From a virus (Duplodnaviria; Caudoviricetes), in IMG/VR virus record IMGVR_UViG_3300048855_000185, positions 1-42,847 of that record: a DNA stretch of 42,847 bases; one strand, 5' to 3'. The notes beneath the pieces are model-generated. The model saw only the letters and a list, made by a program, of their open reading frames with translations. It was not told where the DNA came from and made no database searches. Positions 25,596 to 35,130 of this stretch are shown here, piece by piece (the stretch's first letter is position 1; every line of letters starts with the position of its first letter). Both the position numbers and the translations under genes were made by a program.

Positions 25596-28500
25596 ATGTC
25601 TGGCCCATCGACCATCGGCGCGCTGCGCGTAGTGCTGGGCCTGGACAGCGCCGCCTTCACCAATGGGCTGAAGGACGCCCAGGCGCAGTTGAGGAAGGCG
25701 GGCCGTCAGTTCGAGCAGATCGGATCGCAGCTCCAGGGTATCGGCCAGAGCATGACGGTCGGCGTCACGGCGCCGCTGCTGGCTTTCGGCGTGGGCGCTC
25801 TGAAGGCCTCTGCCGACTTCGAGTCCGCGATGATCAAGGTGGGGATCTCCACCAAGGCGGCGGGCGCGGAGATGAGCGCGCTTGAGGCCAGCGCCCGCGA
25901 GATCGGCAAGTCGACGGTGTTCTCGGCCAGTGAAGCCGCCGACGCCATGGACATGCTGGCCAAGACCGGCCTGGGCGTGGCTGAGATCCTGGGCGGCGCC
26001 GCGAAGGCGACCGTCGACCTGGCCGCCGCCGCTGGCAGCGAACTCGACCCGGCCGCCTCGGCGATCAGCGACTCCATGCAGCAGTTCAAGCTGACGGCGG
26101 CGCAGCTTCCCGGCGTGGTCAATCAGATCACCGGCGCGGTGAACGAGTCCAAACTCGACTTCCAAGATTTCACGCTTGCGATTGGTCAAGCCGGCGGCGT
26201 GGCCGCTGGTCTCGGCGTCAGCTTCGAGGACTTCAACGCGGTGCTCGCCGGCACCTCGTCGCTGTTCTCGTCCGGCTCGGACGCGGGCACGAGCTTCAAG
26301 ACCTTCCTGACGACTCTGGTCCCGAAGACCAAGGGCGCGGCGGAAGCCATGGACGCCTATGGGCTGACGTTCTTCGACGCCAATGGCGCGATGAAGGACA
26401 TGGCTGACATCGCCGAAATGCTGCGCACGCAGCTCGGCGGTCTATCCGAGGAAGCCAAGAACGAGGCGCTGACCAAGATCTTCGGCACCGACGCCATGCG
26501 GACGGCGATCGGGCTCATGGACCAGGGCGCCGACGGCATCGAGAGCCTGAAAGTCAAGATCGCCGAGACCGACGCCGCCGCCCAGAGCGCCCAGCGCATG
26601 ACCGGGTTCGCTGGCCAGATGGAACAGCTCAAGGGCTCGCTCGAAGAGCTGGGGATCGCCATCGGCAAGTCCGGCCTGCTGGACTTCATGACCAAGCTGG
26701 TGACCGGCCTTTCCGGCTTTATCGACAAGGTGTCGGCCACCAATCCCGAACTGCTTAAGCTGGCGACAATCGCCGGCGCGGTCGCCGCCGCCATCGGCCC
26801 GCTGGTCATGATCGCCGGCGCCGTGGTCGGCTCGTTCGGCACGCTGCTCGGCCTGCTGACCGCGCCTGTGACCTTGCCGATCGTCGGCGCCATCGCCGGC
26901 GTCGCGGTCGCATTCGCCGTGTTCGGCGACACCATCATTCCGGCCCTCCAGGACTTCGGCCAACGTGTCGCTGAGATCCTGGGGCCTAAGATCCAGCCGC
27001 TGTTCGAGGCCGTGGTCGGCCTGGTCGGCACGCTCAGCGCGGCCTTTGCCGCCGCATTCGGCCAAGGCGCGCCGGGCGCGGTCGCGCTTCAGTATTACGG
27101 CGAGCAGATCGCGCGCGTGTTCGGCGCCGCCGTCGATCTGATCACCGGCGCGGTCAACGTCATCACCAATGTGCTGAAGGCGATCGGGGCCTTACTCCGT
27201 GGCGATTTTGCAGGGGCTTGGACCTATGTGGGCGAGGCGATCTTCGCGGCGCTCAAGGGGATTGTGAACGCTGTCTCGACCCTGCTGCCCGAAGTCGTTC
27301 AGTGGGTGAAGGCGACCTATGAAGGCGTGAGGACGTGGTTCGGCACGATGCTGCCGCGCGTGTTCGAAGGCGTGAAGTCGAAGGTCAAGGAAGTCGGGGA
27401 CGCCTTCTTCGACCTCTACGACCGCGTCGTTGGCCATTCCTACGTGCCCGACATGGTCGAGGGCGTGGCGTCGTGGATGGCAAAGCTGGACGCCGGCATG
27501 GTGAAGCCGGCGAAGGGTGCGACCAAAGCGGCGACTGAAGCCTTCGAGACTCTTCGGAGCGACGTCGCCTCGATCATGGAGGGTCTGCTCACCGACAGTG
27601 AGCGCACCATCCGCGATCTGAACGCGAAGATGCTTGAGCTGCGGAAGATGGTCGCAGAAGGCAGGATGCGGGACGGCGAGTTCAGCGCTGCTGTCGACCG
27701 GATGTTCGAGGTTGAGGTCAAGCCAAGCAAAACCAAGCCCGTGGGGACCGGCGAGGACATCACCCGCCCCTGGGAGGGCGCCAACGAAGCCTGGGAGGAG
27801 GCCGTCGAGGAACGCGAGAAGGTCTGGACCGACAGCCTGGGCCGGATGGGGACCAGCTTCAAGGGCATGTTCCAGGAATGGATCAGCACCGGGAAGGTCA
27901 ACTGGAAGCGGTTCCTGTTCGATATGGCCGACAACTGGGAGGGCATCATGGGCGCCCTCAAGAAGTCGGGCGGGCTCGGTGGGCTGTTCGGCGGCGAGGG
28001 CGGGCTCGGCTCGATCCTCGGCAAGATCGGGGGTTCGCTCGGCGGCGGGCTGGGCAAGGCTTGGTCGGGGATCACTGGAGCCCTCGGCTCGCTCGGTAGC
28101 GGCATTGGCGGCGTCGTCGGCAAGATCGGCACGGCGCTCGGCGGGATGACGGGTGGAATCGGTTCGGCGATCGGCGGGCTGGCCAGCTCGATCGGCGGCG
28201 CGCTTGGCGGCGTCGCGACGTCCATGGGTGCGGCTCTGGCTCCGCTGCTCGGCGTGCTGGGTCCGGTCGGGATCATCGCCGGCCTGGGCTCGATGCTGCT
28301 CAAGAGTAAGCCCTCCAACAACGCGGCATTGGCGACCTTCGACGGGGCCGGCTACAGCGTCTCGGGCAACAAGCGCACTGACGAGACGACCTCTGCGGCG
28401 AGCGCGGCGGCCGACGCCGTGGCCGCCGGCCAGGATGCGCTCCGCGCGTTCGGGATCTCGCTCGGCACGACCGTGCGTCAGATCGATATCGGCACGCGCG

Positions 28501-29918
28501 ACCTGACCCACGTCTTCCTGTCGAGCGGACAGGAACTGCGGACGGCGGTCGGCGATCCGGCGGCGGCGGCCGAGGCTGCGCTCAAGGCGGTGCTCGCCGG
28601 CGCGACGTTCACGGACGAAGCGCAAAAGACCCTCGTCACCTCCATGCTGGCAGCCGGCAAAGGGTTCGATGAGATCGCCACCGGTCTCCAAAGCTTCGCC
28701 CAGGCGCAGCTCATTCCGAAGACGATCTCCGACCAGATCCTGAAGCTGATGGACCCGGCGGCGTTCGACACCAAGTCGCTGGTCGGGGATCAGCAGGCCC
28801 GCCGCGCCGAGATCCAGAAGCAACTCGACACTGGCCTGCTCACTGCACAGCAGTTCGCCGCGATTGCCGAACAGCTCACTCAGCTCGAAGGGCTGGAATT
28901 GGGCCAGGTGGTCGCGCAGTACGCCGGCCAGCTCAGCCAAGCGGCCGATCGCGAGGCGGCTGTCGATAAGGCCCGCTCGGCTTTGCAGGCGGCCTATCAA
29001 AAGACCGCCACCCCGCTTCAGGCGGCGGCCAGCAAGCTCCGCTCGATCGAGTCGGATCTGCGTTCCTACGGCGAACGGTTGCGCGGTGACGCCCTGAGTT
29101 TCGCTTCGCCAGGTGATCGGTTCGCGGCGGCTGAGAGCGAGTTCGCGCGCGTCTCCGCCCTGGCCCAACTCGGCAACGACGCGGCCTTTGCGGACCTTGA
29201 ACGGGTCGGCGACGCCTATGTGCAAGCCTCGCTCGACTTCCAACCGGAGCTGCTGGATCACCTGAAGGTCATCGGCGCCGTCCTCAACGCGGTCGAGGGT
29301 GCTAAGGGCACGGCGGGTCGCCAAGCGAGCATCGCCGAGCAGCAGCTCGCCGCGCTCGACGCCCAGGTCGCCGGCCAGCTTGAAACCACTGAGGCGGTGC
29401 TGTCGGTCGGCGAGGCCATGGCGAACCTCGCCAAGGCGCTTGAGGGCAGGGGGAGCGGACAGCAGCTCGGGCTCAACCCTGCCTCCAACTCGGCGCTGGC
29501 GGCGGCCACCGGCTTCAAGGGCGACTTCGGCGCCGGCGGCTGGCAGGCCTGGATCATCCAACAGGATGAGCAGACCAAGGCCATCGCGCGCCACATCCTC
29601 GGAGCCTTCGGTCAGACTGAGCGGATTGTCGGCTTCGCCACCGGCGGCAGCTTCAAGGTCGGCGGCTCGGGCGGGATCGACAGCCAGCTCATGCAGTTCC
29701 GCGCGACGCCGGGCGAGATGGTCCAGGTCTCGCGACCAGGCAAGGGCGACGACACCGCGAACGCGGTTCGCCAGCTCCGCTCTGAACTCGTGCCGGCCGT
29801 GCAGTCGCTGGCGCTCTCGAACAGTCGGATCGAGAGCCACTTCCAACGCGCCGAACTCGAAGGCTGGCCGGTGCGGGGCGAGCTGCCCGGTTCTCCCGTC
29901 CTGACGAAGGTGGCCTGA
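25596..29918 (+). CDS. Tail tape measure protein (TP901-like core)
   Basis: ~1440 aa, Ala/Gly-rich; IGALRVVLGLDSAAF, TVFSASEAADAM, VVGHSYVPDMV, GFATGG. Confidence 0.95.
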   Translation: MSGPSTIGALRVVLGLDSAAFTNGLKDAQAQLRKAGRQFEQIGSQLQGIGQSMTVGVTAPLLAFGVGALKASADFESAMIKVGISTKAAGAEMSALEASAREIGKSTVFSASEAADAMDMLAKTGLGVAEILGGAAKATVDLAAAAGSELDPAASAISDSMQQFKLTAAQLPGVVNQITGAVNESKLDFQDFTLAIGQAGGVAAGLGVSFEDFNAVLAGTSSLFSSGSDAGTSFKTFLTTLVPKTKGAAEAMDAYGLTFFDANGAMKDMADIAEMLRTQLGGLSEEAKNEALTKIFGTDAMRTAIGLMDQGADGIESLKVKIAETDAAAQSAQRMTGFAGQMEQLKGSLEELGIAIGKSGLLDFMTKLVTGLSGFIDKVSATNPELLKLATIAGAVAAAIGPLVMIAGAVVGSFGTLLGLLTAPVTLPIVGAIAGVAVAFAVFGDTIIPALQDFGQRVAEILGPKIQPLFEAVVGLVGTLSAAFAAAFGQGAPGAVALQYYGEQIARVFGAAVDLITGAVNVITNVLKAIGALLRGDFAGAWTYVGEAIFAALKGIVNAVSTLLPEVVQWVKATYEGVRTWFGTMLPRVFEGVKSKVKEVGDAFFDLYDRVVGHSYVPDMVEGVASWMAKLDAGMVKPAKGATKAATEAFETLRSDVASIMEGLLTDSERTIRDLNAKMLELRKMVAEGRMRDGEFSAAVDRMFEVEVKPSKTKPVGTGEDITRPWEGANEAWEEAVEEREKVWTDSLGRMGTSFKGMFQEWISTGKVNWKRFLFDMADNWEGIMGALKKSGGLGGLFGGEGGLGSILGKIGGSLGGGLGKAWSGITGALGSLGSGIGGVVGKIGTALGGMTGGIGSAIGGLASSIGGALGGVATSMGAALAPLLGVLGPVGIIAGLGSMLLKSKPSNNAALATFDGAGYSVSGNKRTDETTSAASAAADAVAAGQDALRAFGISLGTTVRQIDIGTRDLTHVFLSSGQELRTAVGDPAAAAEAALKAVLAGATFTDEAQKTLVTSMLAAGKGFDEIATGLQSFAQAQLIPKTISDQILKLMDPAAFDTKSLVGDQQARRAEIQKQLDTGLLTAQQFAAIAEQLTQLEGLELGQVVAQYAGQLSQAADREAAVDKARSALQAAYQKTATPLQAAASKLRSIESDLRSYGERLRGDALSFASPGDRFAAAESEFARVSALAQLGNDAAFADLERVGDAYVQASLDFQPELLDHLKVIGAVLNAVEGAKGTAGRQASIAEQQLAALDAQVAGQLETTEAVLSVGEAMANLAKALEGRGSGQQLGLNPASNSALAAATGFKGDFGAGGWQAWIIQQDEQTKAIARHILGAFGQTERIVGFATGGSFKVGGSGGIDSQLMQFRATPGEMVQVSRPGKGDDTANAVRQLRSELVPAVQSLALSNSRIESHFQRAELEGWPVRGELPGSPVLTKVA
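29757..29771. repeat. Dispersed palindrome copy 6, GCGAACGCGGTTCGC (3' end of the tape measure gene)
   Basis: Matches CGAAC-N3-GTTCG. Confidence 0.75.
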
Positions 29919-31606
29919 TGAAGTTCATTGAACCCCTGACGATCGATGACACGGCGGCGTTTAGCCGTGCGTCGATCGCCAGCCACTACACGCGCCTCGG
30001 CGGCCTGGCCTTCGCGCCCGTCAACGAGCCCAGGCTGAACTATCCGCGTGAGTATCGCAGCTACGCACCCTCCGGCTGGCTTGCCGGGCCTTCGCTGCTG
30101 CTGCCCACGGCGCCCTTGCCGGGTGTGGCGATCACGCCGGCGGCGGCTCCCGAGTTCCTCGCGGAGCCTGCCGCGACGAACCTGATGGTGCAAAGTCAGG
30201 ATCTGACCGGCTGGACCGCGACGGAAGTCACGATCGCCGCCAACAACAGCGTCGCGCCCGACGGGACCGCGACCGCCGATAAGATACTCCCGAGCGCCGT
30301 GGACACCGCTGATCACCGGATCTCGCGCGCCGCTTCGGCAGCGGTTGCCGCCGGCGCCACAGTCGGGTGCTCGATCTTCCTGCGCGCCGCTGGGGCCGCC
30401 TTCGCGGTGCTTCGCTGCGCTCCGGCCGGCGAGGCTGAAGGCTTCGAAATGACCGTGGATCTAGCCAACGCCGACATTCCGGTGGCGGGCGGATTTGGTG
30501 CGGGCTCGACCTTAGTCGATGCTCGCCTCATCACCCTTTCCGCCGGTTGGTTCCGGCTTGAGCTGGAAGGCTCCGTCGCCGGCGTCACCGACTATCAAGT
30601 CTTCCTCTGGGTCGGGGACGGGGTGGCGACGTTCGCCGGCGACGGCCTGGCAGGGATCGAGGCGTGGGGCGCTCAGATCGAGGTGGGCGGATGCAGCTCG
30701 TACATCGCCACGACCGCAGCGGCGGTGACGCGAGCGGCGGACGTCGGCACGCCGCTGCTGGTGTCAAGCGTTCCCGAGGATGAGCCGGTCTACAACGCGG
30801 CGACCACCTACGCGAAAGACGCGATTGCGCGCGGAACCGGCGTGGACGCCCACAAGGTGTTCCTCTCGATTCAGGCCGGAAATGTCGGGAAGGCGCTGAC
30901 GGACAAGGCCTGGTGGATCGAGGCCGGTCTGACCAATCGCTGGCGGATGTTCGACGACGGGGTGGGGTCGCAGACTGCTGCGCCCAACGCCATCACGACC
31001 GTTCTAAACCCGCAGGGGCGCGTGAACGCCGCCGCGCTCATGCAGATCGAGGCGGCGAGCGTGCGCGTGACGATGACCGACCAGGTCGATGGCGTGGTGT
31101 TCGATGAAACGATCAGTCTTGTCGACAACTCAGGGATCAACACGCCCTGGCAATGGTTCTTCGAGCCGATCCGCCGCAAGACCTATCAGGTGATTGAGGG
31201 GCTCCCGCCCTACGCCGGCGCTCAGTTGAGTGTCACGCTCATGGACGAAGGGTTCTCGCCTCGGGCCGGCGCCTTGGTTGTGGGGGTCTTCCACTATTTG
31301 GGCCGGACCCAGTGGAACCCCGAGCTGTCGATCATCGACGCCAGCATCAAGCAGCGCGACGTCTTCAACAACGTGACGCTTCAGGAGCGGGCCTACAGCC
31401 GGCGCGGCAACTTCGCCCTCTGGGTCGAGCCCGGCTTCGTCGACCGCTTCTACGACCTGATGGCGCAGTACCGGGCCAAGCTCCTCGTGTGGGTCGCGTC
31501 CGAACAATACGCCTCCATGGTGATCTTCGGGTTCTACCGAGACTTCAGGATCGCCGTTCCTTACCCGACCTTGTCGTTGGGCAATCTTCAGCTTGAGGCG
31601 GCCTAA
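29918..31606 (+). CDS. Distal tail-like protein with an inserted carbohydrate-binding/head-spike-fiber-like domain
   Basis: Follows the tape measure gene. Insert EPAATNL...WGAQIE...SSYIATTAAAVTRAAD; C-terminal WIEAGLTNRWRMFD...IFGFYRDF. Confidence 0.65.
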   Translation: MKFIEPLTIDDTAAFSRASIASHYTRLGGLAFAPVNEPRLNYPREYRSYAPSGWLAGPSLLLPTAPLPGVAITPAAAPEFLAEPAATNLMVQSQDLTGWTATEVTIAANNSVAPDGTATADKILPSAVDTADHRISRAASAAVAAGATVGCSIFLRAAGAAFAVLRCAPAGEAEGFEMTVDLANADIPVAGGFGAGSTLVDARLITLSAGWFRLELEGSVAGVTDYQVFLWVGDGVATFAGDGLAGIEAWGAQIEVGGCSSYIATTAAAVTRAADVGTPLLVSSVPEDEPVYNAATTYAKDAIARGTGVDAHKVFLSIQAGNVGKALTDKAWWIEAGLTNRWRMFDDGVGSQTAAPNAITTVLNPQGRVNAAALMQIEAASVRVTMTDQVDGVVFDETISLVDNSGINTPWQWFFEPIRRKTYQVIEGLPPYAGAQLSVTLMDEGFSPRAGALVVGVFHYLGRTQWNPELSIIDASIKQRDVFNNVTLQERAYSRRGNFALWVEPGFVDRFYDLMAQYRAKLLVWVASEQYASMVIFGFYRDFRIAVPYPTLSLGNLQLEAA

Positions 31607-32526
31607 TGCCCGTTCCGACGATTCCTCCGCTGACGCCTTGGCCGTCGCGCAATGACCGGCCCGAAGTGTTCAACGCCAAGGTCGACGCCTTCCTGCCCTC
31701 GCTGAACCCGTGGGCACTGATCGTCAACGCCGCTGGGGCGGCCATGCAGGCGCTGTCCGATGGCGTCACTACTGCCGCCGGCCAGGTGATGCAGGCGCTG
31801 AATTCTGTGACCGCGCTGCGCAACCAAACCGAGGCTTTCGCGATCTCGGCCGTCAATGCACCCGGCACAAGCGCGACCAGCATTACGCCGCTAACGCTCA
31901 CCACGGGCCTCAAGGCCCTGGCGATCCAGACCGGCAAGGCACTTCGCGAGGGGCAGACGGTCTCGATCGCCGTCAGGGGCGACGGCACAAAGCGGATGGT
32001 GGGTCCCATCCAGAGCTATGACCCTGCGACCGGCGCGCTGGTCGTGGATATCGAAAGCGTCCCAGGCGGTGCGGGCCCCTATTCGAACTGGATGGTCGCC
32101 CTTTCGGCGCCGGGCTCGATCCCGGTCGCGGCCGTGGTTGACCTGTGGGCCGGCGTCGACAACACCAAGGCGGTCACCGCCGCCACGATCAAGTCGGCCA
32201 ACGAGTATCGCGCGCGGCCGAACGCCTCGGCCCTTGCCTGGGACGTCTTGGCGCTCGGCTATAAGATCTCGACGGTGCTCAGCTCGGGAAGCCACACAGA
32301 GGCCCTGCCAAGCGGCTTGAAGGTCGGGGACATCATCACCGCTCAATACCAGCAGCCCGCCGGCGGCGGCGCTGCAACCGTGGTCTTTCCGGCCAACTTC
32401 AAGTTCGGACAGCTTGTCGGCGCTCCGGTGCTGAACGGGACCGCAAACGCGATCAGCGTCATGCGTGGTGAAGTCCTGGCGATCTCGCCGGCCATCATCA
32501 TCGACGCTCAGTTCAAGAACCTCTGA
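31606..32526 (+). CDS. Tail fiber-related protein
   Basis: 306 aa in the tail-tip region; PSRNDRPEVFNAKVDAF, SYDPATGALVVD, KAVTAA. Confidence 0.6.
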   Translation: MPVPTIPPLTPWPSRNDRPEVFNAKVDAFLPSLNPWALIVNAAGAAMQALSDGVTTAAGQVMQALNSVTALRNQTEAFAISAVNAPGTSATSITPLTLTTGLKALAIQTGKALREGQTVSIAVRGDGTKRMVGPIQSYDPATGALVVDIESVPGGAGPYSNWMVALSAPGSIPVAAVVDLWAGVDNTKAVTAATIKSANEYRARPNASALAWDVLALGYKISTVLSSGSHTEALPSGLKVGDIITAQYQQPAGGGAATVVFPANFKFGQLVGAPVLNGTANAISVMRGEVLAISPAIIIDAQFKNL

Positions 32527-33473
32527 TGTCCTTCATCTCGACGGCGATGCTGCTGGGGACCGCGTATCCTGCGCTCACCGTGGGCCTCTCCACGGCGACG
32601 GTCGCCGGCTCAAGCACCAGCTCGACCGTGACTTCTGGCTCCGTCACGGCGACCAAGACCGGCGGCTCGGGCCAGGTCGTCACGGCCTGGGGCTATGTAA
32701 GCGGCAACGCCAGCATTGTCGCCACCTCGCCAAATTCCGCGGCGACTTCGTTCCAGGCCACCGGCCTCGGCGCGGGCGAAAGCCGCTCAGCCGTGTGGCG
32801 GGCCACGGTGAGAGACGCGATCACCGGCGAGACGCTCTCCACGGGGAATGTCACGATCAATCTTCGCCGGGACTATCCGTCGCTGTCGATCAGCGGACCC
32901 GGCAACGTTGACGGCACGCAGGTCTCATCCTCAACCGTCACCGTGTCGGGAAGCACCAGCGTTTCAGCGTCGGGCGGGGTCCCGCCTTACTCCTACTCCT
33001 GGAGCTATAGTGGCGACTTCAGCATGTCGGGCAGCGGCGCCTCGCGCAGCTTCTCCCGTGCGCTCGCCCCGCAGGGGGGCGTCCTGGGCTCAGCGACCGT
33101 CACGGTCACCGATGCGATCGGGCAATCGGAGTCCGCAAGCTGCTCGGTCATGCTGCGGAACTTGGGAACGGCGCCCTCGCCGCTCAGCGCTTACGCCAGC
33201 CCGGCCTCGGTTTCGGGCTACACGCTGAGCAACACCTGCAACACGGGGTCGACGTCAATTATCGTTTCGGGGGGCGTGGGTCCCTACAGCTACGCCTGGT
33301 CACGTGCTGGCGGCGTCGGCTCTGGTGGCGGCGGGGCTGGGGGCAGCTTTAGCTACAGCACGGCCGAGGATGGGGATTTCTACGGGACGTTCCAGTGCCT
33401 CGTGACCGACTCGCGAGGCGTGCAAACGGCGTGCTGGGTTTCCGCCAGCTTCTCATTCGGCAACCTCAACTAG
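32526..33473 (+). CDS. Ser/Thr/Gly-rich protein with ~3 Ig-like repeats (tail adhesin)
   Basis: Repeated SGGVPPYSYSWS / SGGVGPYSYAWS...VTD motifs. Confidence 0.65.
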   Translation: MSFISTAMLLGTAYPALTVGLSTATVAGSSTSSTVTSGSVTATKTGGSGQVVTAWGYVSGNASIVATSPNSAATSFQATGLGAGESRSAVWRATVRDAITGETLSTGNVTINLRRDYPSLSISGPGNVDGTQVSSSTVTVSGSTSVSASGGVPPYSYSWSYSGDFSMSGSGASRSFSRALAPQGGVLGSATVTVTDAIGQSESASCSVMLRNLGTAPSPLSAYASPASVSGYTLSNTCNTGSTSIIVSGGVGPYSYAWSRAGGVGSGGGGAGGSFSYSTAEDGDFYGTFQCLVTDSRGVQTACWVSASFSFGNLN

Positions 33474-33482
33474 AGACGACAC

Positions 33483-34226
33483 ATGCCCGACTATGCACGG
33501 AAGATCGACGGCGCTTGGGTGCTCATCAACGGCGCCTTCACCGTCGAAAGCGGCGGCTCTAGCGAGATCTTGGTTGACCCTGATCTGCCCGGCGGTCCGA
33601 CCAAGGTCGTGACCTATGACATGCCCTATCCGCATGGGTGGGTCGAACTGGCGACGCCGTCTCAGCGCGCGGCGCTAGGCATCAAGCCGATCGCGGCGCC
33701 GGACTCGCCCGCTCCGGGCCGCGCTGTGGGTGAGCTAGAGATCTTCGATAACGCTGGTTCACCTAAATACCGATACGTCACCGCCGAGATCCCGCTCGCC
33801 GCCCGCCTGGACGCTCTGCTGCGCGAGATCGACACGAAGCGTGACGAGTTGCAGCAGGCCGACTTTGAATACGACTTTGGCGATCTGCTCGCGATCGACG
33901 ACTTCGACAACGAACTGCCGGCCGGCATCCGTCGTTTGCAGATGCGTCCAGGGGATCGGGCGAACTGGGGCGATCTCCAAGCGCAGGCGATGGTCGCTGG
34001 GATGGCGAGCCAACCCGACACGCTGCTGCCCATGCGCGCCGAGGACAACTTCAACGTCCAGACGACGGCCGGCGACGTCCTGGTCGTGACCTCGGCGATG
34101 TTCGCGCGGAACGCCGGCTATCTCTTCAAGGGCGGGGTGCTGAAGTCCCGTGCCCGGCAAGCTGTGGCGGCTGATGACGCGGAAGCCTTCGACCTCATTG
34201 ACATCGAGGCGGGCTGGGAGGGCTGA
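33483..34226 (+). CDS. Tail fiber assembly-like protein (DUF4376-like C-terminus)
   Basis: IDTKRD...LQMR..DRANW...MRAEDN...IDIEAGW. Confidence 0.6.
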   Translation: MPDYARKIDGAWVLINGAFTVESGGSSEILVDPDLPGGPTKVVTYDMPYPHGWVELATPSQRAALGIKPIAAPDSPAPGRAVGELEIFDNAGSPKYRYVTAEIPLAARLDALLREIDTKRDELQQADFEYDFGDLLAIDDFDNELPAGIRRLQMRPGDRANWGDLQAQAMVAGMASQPDTLLPMRAEDNFNVQTTAGDVLVVTSAMFARNAGYLFKGGVLKSRARQAVAADDAEAFDLIDIEAGWEG

Positions 34227-34275
34227 GGCCCGCCGCTCGTTCGTCTTTCAAACCTAGACCGGAGCGCCCTGCGCC

Positions 34276-34707
34276 ATGTCGGAATCATTTGTCCCACTCA
34301 CGCCAGGTACTGGCGCGTACAAAGTCGCCACGTATCGTTTCACCTTCGGCGCCGAAGACCGGGAGATCTCCCGCTTCGCGCTGAACGACGCGACCGGAGC
34401 CGAGCTGAAGGGCCAAAAGCCGCGTGAGGATAGCCTGCCCGTGGCGTTCTCGCCGGAGGACGTGGCTGCGATCCTCGAAAACCAGAGCGGCCGGGGCTGG
34501 GTCGCCTTGCCGGCATCGGGCGCGCCTGCACTCGCCGTGCCCGTGCGGGCGGTGTTGATCTACGGCCCCGGCAACCTGGTGCTCGAACTCGAAGACGGAA
34601 CCCTCAACACGGGCGAGCCGATCCCGGTGACCGCCGGCATGCAGTTTGCGATGCGCGCCATCCGCAAGGGTGCGACCTGCACCGCAGGCGTCATCGGCCT
34701 GAAATAA
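34276..34707 (+). CDS. Putative head spike base protein (RcGTA Rcc01079-like C-terminus)
   Basis: C-terminal RAVLIYGPGNLVLELEDG...VTAGMQFAMRAIRKGATCTAGVIGL pattern, recognised from memory. Confidence 0.5.
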   Translation: MSESFVPLTPGTGAYKVATYRFTFGAEDREISRFALNDATGAELKGQKPREDSLPVAFSPEDVAAILENQSGRGWVALPASGAPALAVPVRAVLIYGPGNLVLELEDGTLNTGEPIPVTAGMQFAMRAIRKGATCTAGVIGLK

Positions 34708-34710
34708 TCC

Positions 34711-34745
34711 CGCGAACCCGGTTCGCGAGGCGAACGGCGTTCGCC
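34711..34745. repeat. Dispersed palindrome copies 7 and 8 in tandem (intergenic)
   Basis: CGCGAACCCGGTTCGCG (34711-34727) and GGCGAACGGCGTTCGCC (34729-34745). Confidence 0.85.
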
Positions 34746-34779
34746 CCCTCTTCCTGCCCTGAAAATCTGGAGAACTGCC

Positions 34780-35088
34780 TTGGCGACTGTTCACGTCACG
34801 CTGGGCCGTGTCAGCGCGCGCGCCGACACCGGCTCGACCCTGCCGGTGCTTTCCTCGGTTCCTCGTGCGGCTGAGACATTGGTCTCCACGCCGGCGTCCG
34901 CCGCCGCTCAGATGGTGGGCCAGGTGGGCGAGGTCTGGTCGATCACCGTCACGGGCGGTGACGTCTTCGTGGCGTTCGGGGCTGAGCCTGTCGCGGCGAG
35001 CGGCGCGGGGCGCCTGCTGCTCGCTGGGCAGTCGAGAGAGTTCGCCGTCACCGCCGTTGGCGAGAAGCTCGCGGTCATTTCGGCCTAG
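34780..35088 (+). CDS. Small beta-rich virion protein
   Basis: 102 aa; TTG start after GGAG; DVFVAFGAEPVA...LLAGQSREF...GEKLAVI. Confidence 0.6.
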   Translation: MATVHVTLGRVSARADTGSTLPVLSSVPRAAETLVSTPASAAAQMVGQVGEVWSITVTGGDVFVAFGAEPVAASGAGRLLLAGQSREFAVTAVGEKLAVISA

Positions 35089-35130
35089 CCCCGCGCTGGC
35101 TCCCCCTGTTCTCACCGTGAGGTATTGACG

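Noticed and set aside
26597-26611. Partial palindrome match ending ACCGGGTTCGC in the tape measure gene
   Set aside because: Left arm is broken (CATGAC instead of GCGAAC); not counted.
27960-28290. Gly-rich repeated sequence in the tape measure gene
   Set aside because: Protein-level LGG/IGG periodicity typical of tape measures; not a CRISPR or DNA repeat array.
27192-29846. 884-aa minus-strand ORF, and similar long antisense ORFs (20082-21479, 34285-35805, 2550-3524, 82-750)
   Set aside because: Shadow frames of real genes in high-GC DNA; no motifs.
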